The position numbers and the translations under genes are program-made. DNA of 64,000 nucleotides from Eledone cirrhosa (lineage: Eukaryota): positions 31,496,001 to 31,560,000 of the forward strand of contig OZ024748.1 in the NCBI GenBank assembly GCA_964016885.1. Reading direction: 5' to 3'. This document shows, in pieces, positions 30,871 through 45,100 of the stretch; positions within the stretch are counted from its first letter, which is position 1, and the number at the start of each line of letters is the position of its first letter. A model generated the notes under the pieces. That model made no database searches, was not told where the DNA came from, and saw only the letters and a program-made list of their open reading frames with translations.

Positions 30871-31739
30871 GACTTTTGGAGTGCCAGTAATGGCTGTCGG
30901 TATGACACCTGGTCTGGTGACAGCGGCGGCCACTCTGGGTCCTTTAATTGTGGTGGTCTCGAGTGCTGGTGTGGATGTGGATAACCCTGGCTCTGGAGAC
31001 GATGCAGCCAGGTCAGCTGTCCCACAATCTTCTCTGCCATTACTAAAAAAATGTTCTGCTCTGCTGCTGCCATCTGTATCTCGTCGGCATGTGCGTGCCT
31101 TCTCCTTGTTGGTGCGGCACGCGCGACATCAGCATACTTCTGGAGCGGCTTATTTCGGCTTTGGCTGGGGCATGTTGCGCGAGTAAGATGGGCATAGTTC
31201 GTTTGAGACCTAGGGTGGGCGAATCTGCATCCCATCCCTGTCTCTCCATGACAGCATGTCCCGTTCTTGAAAAACTTGCACATTACTTGGGTTTTTTGGC
31301 TCCCAGTGTCTCGGTGCTTTCTGTTCTTCCTTTGAACAGTTGTCCACTGGTCCCTCTGCGCTTGGTTCTCCTTCGGAAGGTGATTTCGCTTTTCACCTTT
31401 GCCCTTTGCTTGTTGGTTGCCCGGCCTGCCCTCCCTGCCTGTGGCGGAGGGTATATCATTTTCTTTCAGGTCCGTGTTTGTGCTCTCCTCCTTTTCTTTT
31501 TCCTTTTCCTTCTCTTTCTCCTCATCCCTCTCTTCGGTTTTCTCCTCCCTGAGGACACGGCTTAGCATCGCCATATGTGGCGCTATGAGGACATACGCCT
31601 TCTCAATTTCTTTTCTCTTTCTCTCTATCTGTGCCAGGGTCCTTAGAAACCCATGGCTTTTCAGGTTCTCCGCCATCTTTTTGCTTGGTGGAGACCCATC
31701 AGCCATGGTCCACCCCTTGATCAAAACCTCTAGTTCCAT
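30852..31739 (-). CDS. LINE ORF1-like protein with charged coiled-coil segment and a CCCH-type zinc finger
   Basis: Lies directly upstream of the APE domain; CKFFKNGTCCHGETGMGCRFAHP; C-terminal part probably frameshifted. Confidence 0.6.
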   Translation of the reverse strand: MELEVLIKGWTMADGSPPSKKMAENLKSHGFLRTLAQIERKRKEIEKAYVLIAPHMAMLSRVLREEKTEERDEEKEKEKEKEKEESTNTDLKENDIPSATGREGRPGNQQAKGKGEKRNHLPKENQAQRDQWTTVQRKNRKHRDTGSQKTQVMCKFFKNGTCCHGETGMGCRFAHPRSQTNYAHLTRATCPSQSRNKPLQKYADVARAAPTRRRHAHADEIQMAAAEQNIFLVMAEKIVGQLTWLHRLQSQGYPHPHQHSRPPQLKDPEWPPLSPDQVSYRQPLLALQKSHQCCC

Positions 31740-32797
31740 CTTTGACCAGTTTCACTGACTCCTAATTTCACCTTTTTCCTGTATGCAGCCATTGCGCTGT
31801 GGAGGGGAGAAAGAGAGACAGTGGGAAGTGTAGGGTAGAGGTTAGAGAGGGACAGAGGGAGGGAGGGAGATATAAGTCCAGTGAGATATTGAAGGAGCGA
31901 TCTAGAGGAAAAAAGAGAGAGAGCTTGTGCGATCCAGAGAGAGAGAAAAAGAAACAGAAGAAAAGGGGAGAGAGACAGAAGAGAGGAGCGAGAGAGATAG
32001 CGGGAAGAGTGGGGGGAAAGGTCAGAGAGAGAGGAGACAGATATGTCCGGTGAGAAATTCAAGGTGCGATTTAGAGAGAGAAAGAGAGGGGGAGAGAGAG
32101 AGAGCTCGTGGATCTAGAGAGAGAGAGAGAGAAAGGAAGGAGAGAGATATAGAGACAGCGTCAAAAATAGCAGTTCATGAAATAAGAATAATAAATTTTA
32201 AATTAAATGAATGAATGGAAGAAACCGAATGAAAGAAACCGAAAATGTTAAAGATATAGAAACACGATGTAAGTTGTATATAAGTTGAATTTAAATGTTT
32301 GTTTACAAATATAAATAACGGGAAACGTATAGATTGACCATAGTTATTGTAATATCAATATATAAAAACAAGAAACAACAAACACACAAGCTCACCGAGT
32401 CAAAAACAAATAAAATTATATTAAATTATGTTACTCAGAAAAATCAAAATAATACAAGATCTACTTAAGTTAAATTAAAATTAGATTACGTACTCTGTAT
32501 GGTAGTCAAGAAAAATAGAAAGCACGTGTGTGTGTTGTCTCCTATGAGGGTATCACACGGTGAAAATAAACATGTTTAAAACGCTAATATATGTAAAATA
32601 TACTTCAAAATAATTGCGTCAAAGCTCAAAAACTTATCTTTTTTGTATGTTTTCCGTGTCTTCTGAAAAACTAAAGCCATACATAATTCCGATCACTGTC
32701 GATTTAAAATATTAAAATTTCAAATCTGAACGTTCAACAATTCACGTCCTATACCAACAAGTTGCCAAGCCTATATATCTGTATATATATGTATATA

Positions 32798-32920
<123 letters not shown>

Positions 32921-32929
32921 GTATATATG

Positions 32930-33036
<107 letters not shown>

Positions 33037-33099
33037 GTATATATATATATATGTATATATATGTATATATATATGTATATATATATATATGTATATATA

Positions 33100-33148
33100 A
33101 GTATGTATGTATACGTACATACATATATGTATACAGACGTACAGTAGC

Positions 33149-33185
<37 letters not shown>

Positions 33186-33517
33186 CAGGCACACATATAT
33201 ACATGTACGTATCAATTTAGCCAATATTTATTATAACATTCGCTTTGTTCGTTTGTAAACAAACGGACAGCCTGATTTATGCCGTACGGTGTTAAGGCAA
33301 CCACGTCACTTTTTTGTTCAACACTGACACAGGAACAATGTACTAGTTTCAAGCTTGTTAGCTATCGTCAGCACCGTATACCCTTCTGCCAGATGGTTGA
33401 ACGTTCGAAAGTAAGTATATACTTTCCATATGAAAATTCACGGCTGAGCAAACGAACAAAGCGAATGTTATAATAAATATTCGCTAAACTGATACGTACA
33501 TGTATATATGTGTGCTG

Positions 33518-33611
<94 letters not shown>

Positions 33612-33937
33612 CATGCTATTGTACGTCTGTATACATATATGTATGTACGTACATGCATACTTACATTTAAGTAAGTGCCGTACTAAGAGTGAGAAATGAA
33701 ATTTCGTTTCATTCTATTCCAACTTATCGTTTTCGGTGCGCCTGGCCGACTGAACTCACTCGATATGCAAATTAGGCTGCTCAGCCGTTAATTTTCATAA
33801 GGAAAGTATATACTTTCGATCGTTCAACCATCTGGCAGAAGGGTATACGCTGCCGACGATAGCTAACAAGCTTGAAACTAGTACATCGTTCCTGTGTCAG
33901 TGTTGAACAAAAAGGTGACGTGGTTGCCTTAACACCG

Positions 33938-33981
<44 letters not shown>

Positions 33982-34090
33982 CATGCTACTGTACGTCTAT
34001 ACATATATGTATGTACGTATACATACATACTTACATTTAAGTAAGTGCCGTACTAAGAGTGAGAAATGAAATTTCGTTTCATTCTATTCC
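33100..34090. repeat. Diverged family D units, divergent orientation
   Basis: Hammerhead with CTGACGA at 33334-33378 (-); core-mutated CCGACGA copy at 33846-33890 (+); inversion ~33450. Confidence 0.85.
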
Positions 34091-34171
<81 letters not shown>

Positions 34172-34525
34172 GTATATATATATGTATATATATATGTATA
34201 TATATATATATATATGTGTGTATATATATATATATATGTGAATATATATATATATATATATGTGTATATATATATATATGTGTATATATATATATATATA
34301 TATGTGTGTATATATATAAATATATATGTGTATATATATGTGTATATATATATATATGTGTATATATATATATATGTGTATATATATATATGTATATATA
34401 TATATATAAGTGTATATATATATATATGTGTATATATATATATATGTGTATATATATATGTGTGTATATATATATATATATGTGTGTGTATATATATATA
34501 TATATATGTGTATATATATATATAA

Positions 34526-34927
<402 letters not shown>

Positions 34928-35070
34928 TACACTCCTCGTTTGTTCGTGTTTCCACTACAGAATCCCTACCAACCTGTCGAGTCACCTTAACGTATGTTGA
35001 GAACTTTCCTCACAACTTGTTCTACCAAGCTTTGGAATACTCCTAATAACTGAATATATATATATATATA

Positions 35071-35175
<105 letters not shown>

Positions 35176-35291
35176 ATATATATATGTGTATATATAGATA
35201 TATATGTGTATATATAGATATATATGTGTATATATATATATATGTGTATATATATATATATATGTGTATATATATATATATATGTGTATAT

Positions 35292-36516
35292 ATGTAGGAG
35301 GTGAGTTTTATTGTAGTACAATAAAGCAATGCAGATATCGGATAAGAAGCACTCTACAGTTTGTGGGACTGGAGTATGCATAATATAAGATCAAAAGATC
35401 AAAAGATGGTTAAAGGAGTTCAATATATTTTATTATGCGCATTTCAAAAACAAACATCATCAAACAATAACATTTGTGTTTTCATCAGATAAAACAGGAG
35501 AACATGATATGAAGGCTAAAAAAACACTTGTTGATAGTGCAGTTTTAAATCAACATATGAAAAGTGGTTTTAGATTGATGTGTGATATTGGGAAAAATAT
35601 TTTATTTAGAGAGGGGGGGAGAGAAAAGGATGAAAAGGGAAGGAGATGAGAGGGAGAGATGGGTGATAGAGAGAAAGAGATAGTTTTTATAACAGAGAGG
35701 AGATATATTTTATATAGAGGGGTTGAAAACCGTTGGAAGATACTGTATAAATTAAAAATTTTGAAAATTAACGAAGGGAGGATATGTGCGAGGAAAAAAT
35801 ATATTATATTTAGGGAGGGGTGGGGGTGGAAAGGATGAAAAAAAGGGGAGGAGATGAGAGTGAAGGTGGAAAGGGAGAGATGGGTGATAGAGAGAAAGAG
35901 ATAGTTTTTATAACTGAGAAAAAGATATAATGTTTTAATATAGAGAGGTTGGGAACCGTTGGAAGATAATGTATAAATTAAAGGAATTTGAAAATTAACG
36001 AAGGGAAATTATGTATGGAGATAGAGAGAAAAAAATAACGAAGGGAGATTATGTATGGAGATAGAGAGAAAAAAATAATAATTGTGGGTGAATATTCAAA
36101 AGGAGAAATGTAGGAATCTTAAAATTAGCAAAGAGAAAATGTTTATGTATAGGATTTGAGAAAAATAATGTGAAGTTAAAGTTTTTATATTGAATTCATA
36201 TGTATTAATAATGAGTTCGTTGATGGGGAGAAAAAAATAATAATAAATTAAGGATGAAATTGAGATTAAAAAGATTTATGATAGAGAGAAAAAATAATAA
36301 TGATTGCGGATGAATACTCAAAATGTCAAAAACAAATGTTATTGTTTTACGAAGAGATATAATGAGGGTGATGAGTAAACGGGTATTATAGAGTGTATAA
36401 TGCCCTTTAAAGTAAGGTAGATGGGTATATTTTAAAGAATATATGAGTATATATTAAAAAATATATAATAATAAATTAAGGATGAAATTGAGATTAAAAA
36501 GATTTATGATAGAGGG

Positions 36517-36551
<35 letters not shown>

Positions 36552-39500
36552 ATAATGATTGCGGATGAATATTCAAAAAGTCAAAAACAAATGTTATTGT
36601 TTTACGAGAAGATAGGATGAGGTAAATGAATAAACGAGTACTATAGAGTGTATAATGCCCTTTAAAGTAAGGTAGATGGGTATATTTTAAAGAGGTGTAT
36701 GTATATGTGCCTTTGAGAAAAGATTCTAAATTGATAAAGAATTGAATATTAACTGTATACTTTGTGAAAAGTTCTATGGAATTTATGCAGGCAGATGGAA
36801 AACAAATCCGAGCGTCTATTTATTATGGATTCTAGGTTAGAGATAATGGTAAATTTTTCATTTAGGCAGAGATTACAGATTTTAGATAGAGAACTGTTCA
36901 AGTACGAGGATGCAGAAGAAATCTTTTTCCAAAAGATGTTATATTTAATGTTTTTGTCTTTTAAGGACCATATGAGTTCTGAGAGAGCAGTGTTAGTTCT
37001 TTTAAGTTTGTATTTGAAAGATGAATGATGATTATAGAGACGAGCTTTAAAAGAGGTGGAAGTGGAGCCAAAATAGGTGAAGGAGTTGGTGCTAGTTATA
37101 ATTTTACATTCATAAATTAAGTTTTTATCGAGGCAATGGTTGTTGAGAGGACATTTATTTTTAATGCGGCAGTTGCAATTAGAGAGATTATTAATGAGTG
37201 ATCTAGTGTTATCTATAGAAGGAATTGGATTGGAGAAGTTGTTTGCGATAGGAATAATAGGAATAATAGTTTCTTGATTTAGAGTTGGATTATGAACATT
37301 TAGCGAAGTTGTGTTTGACGTTGCATTTGGGTTTACAGAAGTTAGCCTAGGGTTTACAATGACGTCGGGAGTACTATTATTGTTATTATGAGATTCAATA
37401 TTGGAAGGAAGAGATTTAGTATTTAATATTTTGTTGTTGTGTTTAGAAATGATGTTGGAAATATTGGAGGATGTAGAATACGAAAATTTAATGGTGTGTT
37501 TGTTAAATATTTTACTATAGATATGTGAGGGAGGGAAGCATTTATTTAAGGCACTAAAAAATAATTTAGGAATATTGTTATTAATAGAGATGGAGAAAGG
37601 AGCATTATACCAGATTATGTTTTTGTATCTAGGTCTTTTATTAAAATTATTGGAATGGTTATGATTAAATATTCTACTGTAAGTTTTCCTAGAATTTGTT
37701 TCTTTATTATATTTGATTTTATCTGGATAGCCAGCTTTAGAAAGTGCGTTATTATAGTAATTGGCGTTAGCATAAAAGATGTTTTTATTAGAAGATATGT
37801 TAGATATTCTATTTCCAATATTATTAACTATAGCATTCTTGATATTGGTAGGATGGTTAGATTTAAAGTTAACATAATTAAGATTCTCATTGTTTTTATG
37901 GTAAGGGTAATATAGGCCAGTGTCAAGATTAAGAGATACATCCAAGAAATTAGCTAGTTTGGTACTATTATCAAATTCAATTTTTAGGTTATGTTGGTTA
38001 AAGAGATTACGTATATTGTTCTTAATAATATTAAGTTTAACTATATTGCAATTTAGGATAGTAAAGAGTCCATCGTCACGATAAATTCCACCGCGAAGTT
38101 GAGGAATTTTCCGACTCAAAGAGTTCAAAATGAAGATACCAATTAAATCAGTCAGTTGGGATGAATCGGATGCTCCCATTGTGATGTCGAAGTTGTTAGA
38201 GGTATCGGCTCTGGTCCAATATTCGTTGTTGAACTCTAGGATGGTTTTACGTGCGGTGAGGATGATGTGAAGTTCATCTGTGGTGATGTCAGAATATTTA
38301 AGTGCGAAAGATAGAGCATTATTGAGAAGTGAAGGCGAAATGGAGGAATAGTAGCTGGCAATATCGAATTGAATAAATTTTAGTTTGTTTTTATTATCCA
38401 ATTTGTTGAACCAGCCAATCACTTCAGAAGTACCAAACCATAAATTTAGGTTTAAAGAAGAGCAATTAGAACTAACCTGTGGGATAATCCTATCCAAGAT
38501 GGCTTTACTAACAACCCCCAGATCAGATTTAGAGGGGGCGATTAATCTAACAGGTAGTTCAGTGCGAAAATTGTTTTTGTGATCCTTGAGATTTATCCTC
38601 GGAGTTCTTGGGAGGAATGGTTCGGTCTTTTTTTCAATGCCAAGTTTTGACATAATCTCATAGGCTTCAAGGTTTATGCATTCTAAATTTTCATGGTTGG
38701 TTTTACGATACTTTTTCCTAAGTTCCTTTAGGATAAGGTTGTTATAATTATCCTTGGAAATACCATATAGGTTATTGGTTTTGTCAGAGTGGACTAAAAC
38801 ATTTTTTGAGGAATTTAGGTTAGAGATTGTGTTCTTGAGATTTACAAGGTGCTCTTGTCCTTTGTAAGGGTATCTCTTGAATTTAAGATTTTTTATAATT
38901 TTAGTTAATTCTTCCTCGAATTGTGCTAGATTTTTGTTGGAAGGAGGATTTCGTCTGGAATTAAAAAGATGATCGAGGAAGTTGTGTTCTTTGGTATGAA
39001 AGTTCCCTTTTAGGCGCTGGTCATAGAAATAGGCTGTCCATCTAAGTCTTCTTACGAAGGAGTCAGTTTTTTCAATAAGAAGTTTGGTGAATTCAGATTT
39101 ACCAGGTATAGGAATGTCTTTAGTAGAATTGGTTATGTTGTAATAATCCATGTTGTAGAAGAAGAGGTGAAGGACCATCAAAAGGTATCCAATATGAGAG
39201 TAAGCGCTCAACCGTTAAGGAGCAAGTAAATGTAGGAGGTGAGTTTTATTGTAGTACAATAAAGCAATGCAGATATCGGATAAGAAGCACTCTACAGTTT
39301 GTGGGACTGGAGTATGCATAATATAAGATCAAAAGATGGTTAAAGGAGTTCAATATATTTTATTATGCGCATTTCAAAAACAAACATCATCAAACAATAA
39401 CATTTGTGTTTTCATCAGATAAAACAGGAGAACATGATATGAAGGCTAAAAAAAACACTTGTTGATAGTGCAGTTTTAAATCAACATATGAAAAGTGGTT

Positions 39501-39923
39501 TTAGATTGATGTGTGATATTGGGAAAAATATTTTATTTAGAGAGGGGGGGAAAATTTTTTAATTTATACAGTATCTTCCAACGGTTTTCAACCCCTCTAT
39601 ATAAAATATATCTCCTCTCTGTTATAAAAACTATCTCTTTCTCTCTATCACCCATCTCTCCCTCTCATCTCCTTCCCTTTTCATCCTTTTCTCTCCCCCC
39701 CTCTCTAAATAAAATATTTTTCCCAATATCACACATCAATCTAAAAACACTTGTTGATAGTTGATTTAAAACTGCACTATCAACAAGTGTTTTTTTAACC
39801 TTCATATCATGTTCTCCTGTTTTATCTGATGAAAACACAAATGTTATTGTTTGATGATGTTTGTTTTTGAAATGCGCATGATAAAATATATTGAACTCCT
39901 TTAACCATCTTTTGATCTTATAT

Positions 39924-39927
<4 letters not shown>
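35292..39927 (-). mobile_element. Full-length PLE A2 with direct pseudo-LTRs and an inverted 5' pseudo-LTR
   Basis: Direct repeats ~35292-35620 and ~39231-39550; inverted copy ~39551-39927; three hammerheads; TA at both ends. Confidence 0.95.
36749..39151 (-). CDS. Intact PLE reverse transcriptase / GIY-YIG endonuclease (~800 aa from MDYYN), Hydra-clade-like
   Basis: Uninterrupted ORF: SDKTNN, LKDHK, FDIASYY, MGASDS, YRDDG, FLDV, WYNAPF, CNC-x5-CP, IYEC-x9-YFGST, CNLC..E, CLH. Confidence 0.93.
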   Translation of the reverse strand: MDYYNITNSTKDIPIPGKSEFTKLLIEKTDSFVRRLRWTAYFYDQRLKGNFHTKEHNFLDHLFNSRRNPPSNKNLAQFEEELTKIIKNLKFKRYPYKGQEHLVNLKNTISNLNSSKNVLVHSDKTNNLYGISKDNYNNLILKELRKKYRKTNHENLECINLEAYEIMSKLGIEKKTEPFLPRTPRINLKDHKNNFRTELPVRLIAPSKSDLGVVSKAILDRIIPQVSSNCSSLNLNLWFGTSEVIGWFNKLDNKNKLKFIQFDIASYYSSISPSLLNNALSFALKYSDITTDELHIILTARKTILEFNNEYWTRADTSNNFDITMGASDSSQLTDLIGIFILNSLSRKIPQLRGGIYRDDGLFTILNCNIVKLNIIKNNIRNLFNQHNLKIEFDNSTKLANFLDVSLNLDTGLYYPYHKNNENLNYVNFKSNHPTNIKNAIVNNIGNRISNISSNKNIFYANANYYNNALSKAGYPDKIKYNKETNSRKTYSRIFNHNHSNNFNKRPRYKNIIWYNAPFSISINNNIPKLFFSALNKCFPPSHIYSKIFNKHTIKFSYSTSSNISNIISKHNNKILNTKSLPSNIESHNNNNSTPDVIVNPRLTSVNPNATSNTTSLNVHNPTLNQETIIPIIPIANNFSNPIPSIDNTRSLINNLSNCNCRIKNKCPLNNHCLDKNLIYECKIITSTNSFTYFGSTSTSFKARLYNHHSSFKYKLKRTNTALSELIWSLKDKNIKYNIFWKKISSASSYLNSSLSKICNLCLNEKFTIISNLESIINRRSDLFSICLHKFHRTFHKVYS

Positions 39928-40018
<91 letters not shown>

Positions 40019-40031
40019 GTGTGTGTGTGTA

Positions 40032-41824
40032 TATAAAGGTGATGCATTAGATAGAGGAAATTATAGAGGTATGAAGTTGATGGACCAGGTCATGAAAGTA
40101 ACAGAAAGAGTTATAGCACAGTTGATTAGGGACCGGGTGAAAATAGACGAGATGCAATTTGGGTTTGTACCAGGAAGAGGCACCACTGATGCCCTCTTCC
40201 TTGTGAGGCAATTACAGGAAAAGTACCTAGCTAAAAGTAAGCCACTCTACTTGGCATTTGTCGACCTTGAGAAAGCCTTTGACAGAGTTCCACGTGCTGT
40301 AATCTGGTGGGCTCTTAGAAAACTAGGAGTAGATGAATGGCTTGTGAAAGCGGTCCAAGCCATGTATAGGGGAGCAGTCAGCAAAGTTAGGATTAGCAAT
40401 GAGTATAGCGATGAATTTAGCGTACAGGTTGGGGTCCACCAGGGCTCTGTTCTTAGCCCCCTCCTGTTCATCATAGTCCTGCAGGCAATAACGGAGGAGT
40501 TTAAGATCGGATGCCCATGGGAACTCCTGTATGCTGATGACCTCGCACTCATAGCTGAATCTATGGTAGAACTAGAGAATAAATTCCAACCTTGGAAGCA
40601 GGGACTAGAAAGAAAGGGTCTCAAAGTCAACATGACAAAGACTAAGGTCCTTGTAAGTAGACGAGAAAACAGAACCCAGATCCCCTCAGGGAAATGGCCT
40701 TGCTCAGTATGTAGGAAAGGTGTAGGTAGGAACTCCATTCTCTGCCCCAAATGCAAACAATGGGTACACAAGAGATGTAGCGGGATCTCAGGAAGCCTAC
40801 ATTTTTAATTAAGCTTCTCAGGAAGCTTAATTAAGAATGTAGGATTCACATGCAGCAGCTGTGCTGAAACAGCAAGCAAACAGCCACAGGAAACAAGTAC
40901 CACCAATCTCTGGGAGGGCTCTGTAGAAACAGTAGACAGCTTCTGCTACCTAGGTGACCGAATTAGCAGCGGAGGTGGGTGTTCAGAAAGTACAATAACT
41001 AGGGTAAGATCAGGATGGAAGAAGTTTAGGGAACTACTACCACTGCTAGCTGCAAAAGGCTTCTCCCTCAGAATGAAAGGCAGACTGTATGATGCGTGTA
41101 TCCGAACAGCAATGTTGCATGGTAGTGAGACCTGGGCGCTGAAGGTGGAAGACTTATGTAGATTAGAGAGAAACGAAGCCTGCATGCTCCGATGGATGTG
41201 TAACAGTAATATACGTGAACAACAAAGCATAAATGAATTGAGAGAGAGACTGAGCATAAGAGGAATCAAATGCTGTGTGCAGGAGAGGCGGTTGCGCTGG
41301 TATGGACATGTGATGCGTATGAAGGATGACGGCTGCATAAAAAGGTGCAGAGCACTAGAAGTTGATGGAAACCGCAGAGTGGGGAGACCCAAGATGACCT
41401 GGGATGAGGTGATAAAAGCCGACCTTACCCAATTACACCTCTCAAAGGCAATGACACACGACCCTGACTTCTGGCGTCACGCAGTAATACAGAGTGCCCG
41501 AACTTCCATGGGTACAAGCTGAAGCATATAGACAATATGCCCCCACACCCCCCGCCGCAAGGTGGTCGTGGAGGTGCCACGGCAAAAAAGCACCCAGCCC
41601 ACACTGTAAAGTGGACGTGTAGGCACCACGAAAAAGCACCCAGCACTAACTGTAAATGAGGTTGGTGTTAGGAAGGGCATCCAGCTGTAGAAATCAAGCC
41701 AGATCAGTTCCTGTATGAGCAAGGCATGGTCAGCCGACCAGACACTGCCCACAACAGGACAACCCGTCTAACGCATGCTAGCATGGAAGAACGGACGTAA
41801 AACTGTGATGATGATGATGATGAT
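40032..41824 (+). mobile_element. 5'-truncated RTE-type LINE with (GAT)n tail
   Basis: NYRGMKL, QFGFVPGRGTTDA, FVDLEKAFDRV, GVHQGSVLSP, YADDL, Cys-rich insert WPCSVC, MLHGSETW, LRWYGHV, GRPK; GATGATGAT at 41807-41824. Confidence 0.92.
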
Positions 41825-42006
41825 ATACATATAGACACACATATATATATATATACACACATACATATACACACACACATATATATACATATATATATAT
41901 ATATACACATATATATATATACATATACGCATACATATATACACATATATATACACACATATATATATATACACATATAGACACATACATATACACACAC
42001 ACACAC

Positions 42007-42109
<103 letters not shown>

Positions 42110-42155
42110 TACACATACATACACACACATATACACATATATACATATATATATA

Positions 42156-45100
42156 TATTTCGTTTCTGAATTTGTTTAGCAAGATTCTTTATCTGAAATC
42201 GTGTGTTGAAACCGATATTGTTATACTTTGGGAGGGTCATGTTGCCAATAAGAAACACACGCACCAGCTGCTTTCATTTAAATTTATTATAATAAATTTA
42301 TAAATTTAGGAATTTATAAATTTCTGGTTGGTTGGTTGGTTCCACAACCAGATAGTTGTTTATATATTGTCAACATCACTACTTACAATTAAGGACAAAT
42401 TGAAAACACACACACACATAGAACAAACAACCAACCGGTAACATGTAAATAAACAAATAAATAAACGAATATAAAGACACACAGACACCCGGATGCGGCG
42501 CATGCGCACACTGAGCACACAACACACACACAGAAACAAAATGGCGTAGGATAGAACAAAGGAGAGGCACAAAAACAAAGAAAAGAATCCCCAGTCACTG
42601 AAGAGGTCACAGAATGTGTGACGAAAGAACTTTGACAATATATAAACAACTATCTGGTTGTGGAACCAACCAACCAACCAGAAATTTATAAATTTATAAA
42701 TTCCTAAATTTATTATAATAAATTGAAATGAATGCAACTGGTGCGTGTGTTTCTTATTGGCAACATGACCCTCCCAAAGTATAACAATATCGGTTTCAGC
42801 ACACGATTTCAGATAAAGAATCTTGCTAAACAAATTCAGAAACGAAATATCGTAAGCCTTAGCCAGGCTAACAAGATATTGAAAACCACCATGTTCTGTT
42901 GTCTACGAAAAACCATAACATCTCGACAACTACACTTCATAAAAGAATGTGCCTCGTCCCGAGTTTACACCAACACCATCAACACCGACGTAAGAAGATT
43001 ACAACTCACCAAAAAACAAGCAGATAGGCTAAAACGAACACTAATTCTAAACATAAAAAAGAAGATCTATAGAGAATTAAGTGATCAAGAAAAACATAAG
43101 CGTAACCTAATACAAGAAATAACTAGTATCACCATACCAAGAGAGAAACTAATATTTATAAGCCTTATACGTCCTGAAGAACAGTACATTGCTCAAGAAT
43201 ATGATTAGCACTTTAACAAAAAACTAAAAAGTGTCTTAAGCAGATAAAACTAAAACTAAATCAGGATACTGTAGAGAATACCAATAGATATCCCGACAAA
43301 ATTGACGGTATAAATATGGCCGACACCTCATTAACAGATGAGTTCAACAACAACAACAACACAAATATATACGGCAACACGGCAATAGACCCTGATGAAT
43401 TATCTGTATTACTTCTACCACCGAAATGTGCGACATTCAAGAATGTAAATATGATTAGTTGTCTGTCAGAAATAGAAAAATCATTTACAAAATTACGTTG
43501 GAGCCTCAAAAACAAAAACAAAAACAAAAGTAACAACATACGTACACACATATACAACACACATCCCAACAACAACAGACACACAGACACAAACAACAAT
43601 AACAACAACACACACACCAACAATAATATCATACTCAGAAACAACAACAACAGACACGCAGACACAAACAACAATAACAACACACACAACAATAATAACA
43701 CACACGGAGACAACAACAACAACAACACACATCAACAACAGCACACATCAACAACAACAACACACACACATTCAATGCTTCTCACCACCACAACAATCTT
43801 AACAAACACACAGACACAGAAAACAAGTAATGACAGTAGCACAGAAATCACAGAAATAAGGGAAAGTAATAGGATTAAAAGGAGAAGGGAGACTATGGAC
43901 AAAGAAAATAACCAAGACGAACCCACAGACACACAAAATAGAGTAGATAATAACAATGAGCCAGTGGAAAGAGACAAGAGTAATTATGAGAGACATAGAA
44001 ACAACCATGAGGCTGTTGGTTGAAATAGAAATAGAAACAACACAACTAACAATAACAATAGCACTAGTACACATAAAGCAGCAGCCTGGAACTCTACTTT
44101 TTATAATCCCTCCGATAAGTCGTTCGACCTGCGACGAGTCCACGCTACGACTTTACCATTTAACAAACGCACGCAATTGCCGTCGCAGGTCGATGAACAA
44201 ACAGAAGCACAATTTAGTATAGCTAAATCCGAACTTAGAAATATTATAGAACAGTATAGCAAGAAGCATAATAGAATGGAGGCCCAGCAACTGGGAGAAA
44301 AATCTGCAAATGGCTTGCGTAAGCTCATGCAGCGCTCGCGTAATGGAGAGATAGCATGCTTTCCAACAGACAAGTCTGGCAGAATGTCGGTTGACAGCCT
44401 GCCAAACTACATCCAGGCAATGCAACCCCACATCACTAACACAAGAGAGGTAACACCGCAGGAGCATGAGGATAGAGAAAAAGCCCTCAATGCCCATATG
44501 GTGATGTGGACGAATATAATGCAGCCCAACAAAAGGACTGCCAACAACTTCCAGACCTGGAACAATGACGTGCCGGCGTTGTATGGGCTTCAAAAAGACC
44601 ATAAAACGGGCAGTGACCCTGTCACCGGACCACCAACAAGACCAGTCTGTGGAGCTAACATTGCTAGTAACTACAGACTGTCCTACTTCCTCTCCCTGAT
44701 CATACGCCCCATCATTGAAATGTTCCCAGATGTATGTGACAGCACGGAGGACCTCCTCAGCAGAATCGACGAGAGTAACCGATCTAGGGACCTAACAAAC
44801 TGTATAATAGGTAGTATGGATGTTGTGTCCCTGTATCCATCTATTGACGTGGATTTTGCTGTGGAGAAATGCGTAGAAATGATCAGTGAGAGCAATGTTG
44901 AGTTCCGTGGGATTGATACCAGTGAGCTGGGACTCCTACTTAAACTTACCTATAGTAATAATTACCTAGACACATATGACCTTAGCAACCTGTGCCCTAC
45001 AAGACCAGCAAGAGGCAGACCACCTACCATTACCTCAATGGCCAAGAAAACCCACACAGATAGATGGAACGGGTGGACCAGAGCCAAACGGACACCCGAA

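Noticed and set aside
31730-32214. Ser/Leu- and Arg/Glu-rich ORFs
   Set aside because: Translations of a GA/CT low-complexity tract upstream of the LINE ORF1
36517-36549. Poly(A) run as a retro-insertion tail
   Set aside because: Expansion of a short A run present in the adjacent internal duplicate (~36289-36294) of the A2 3' UTR
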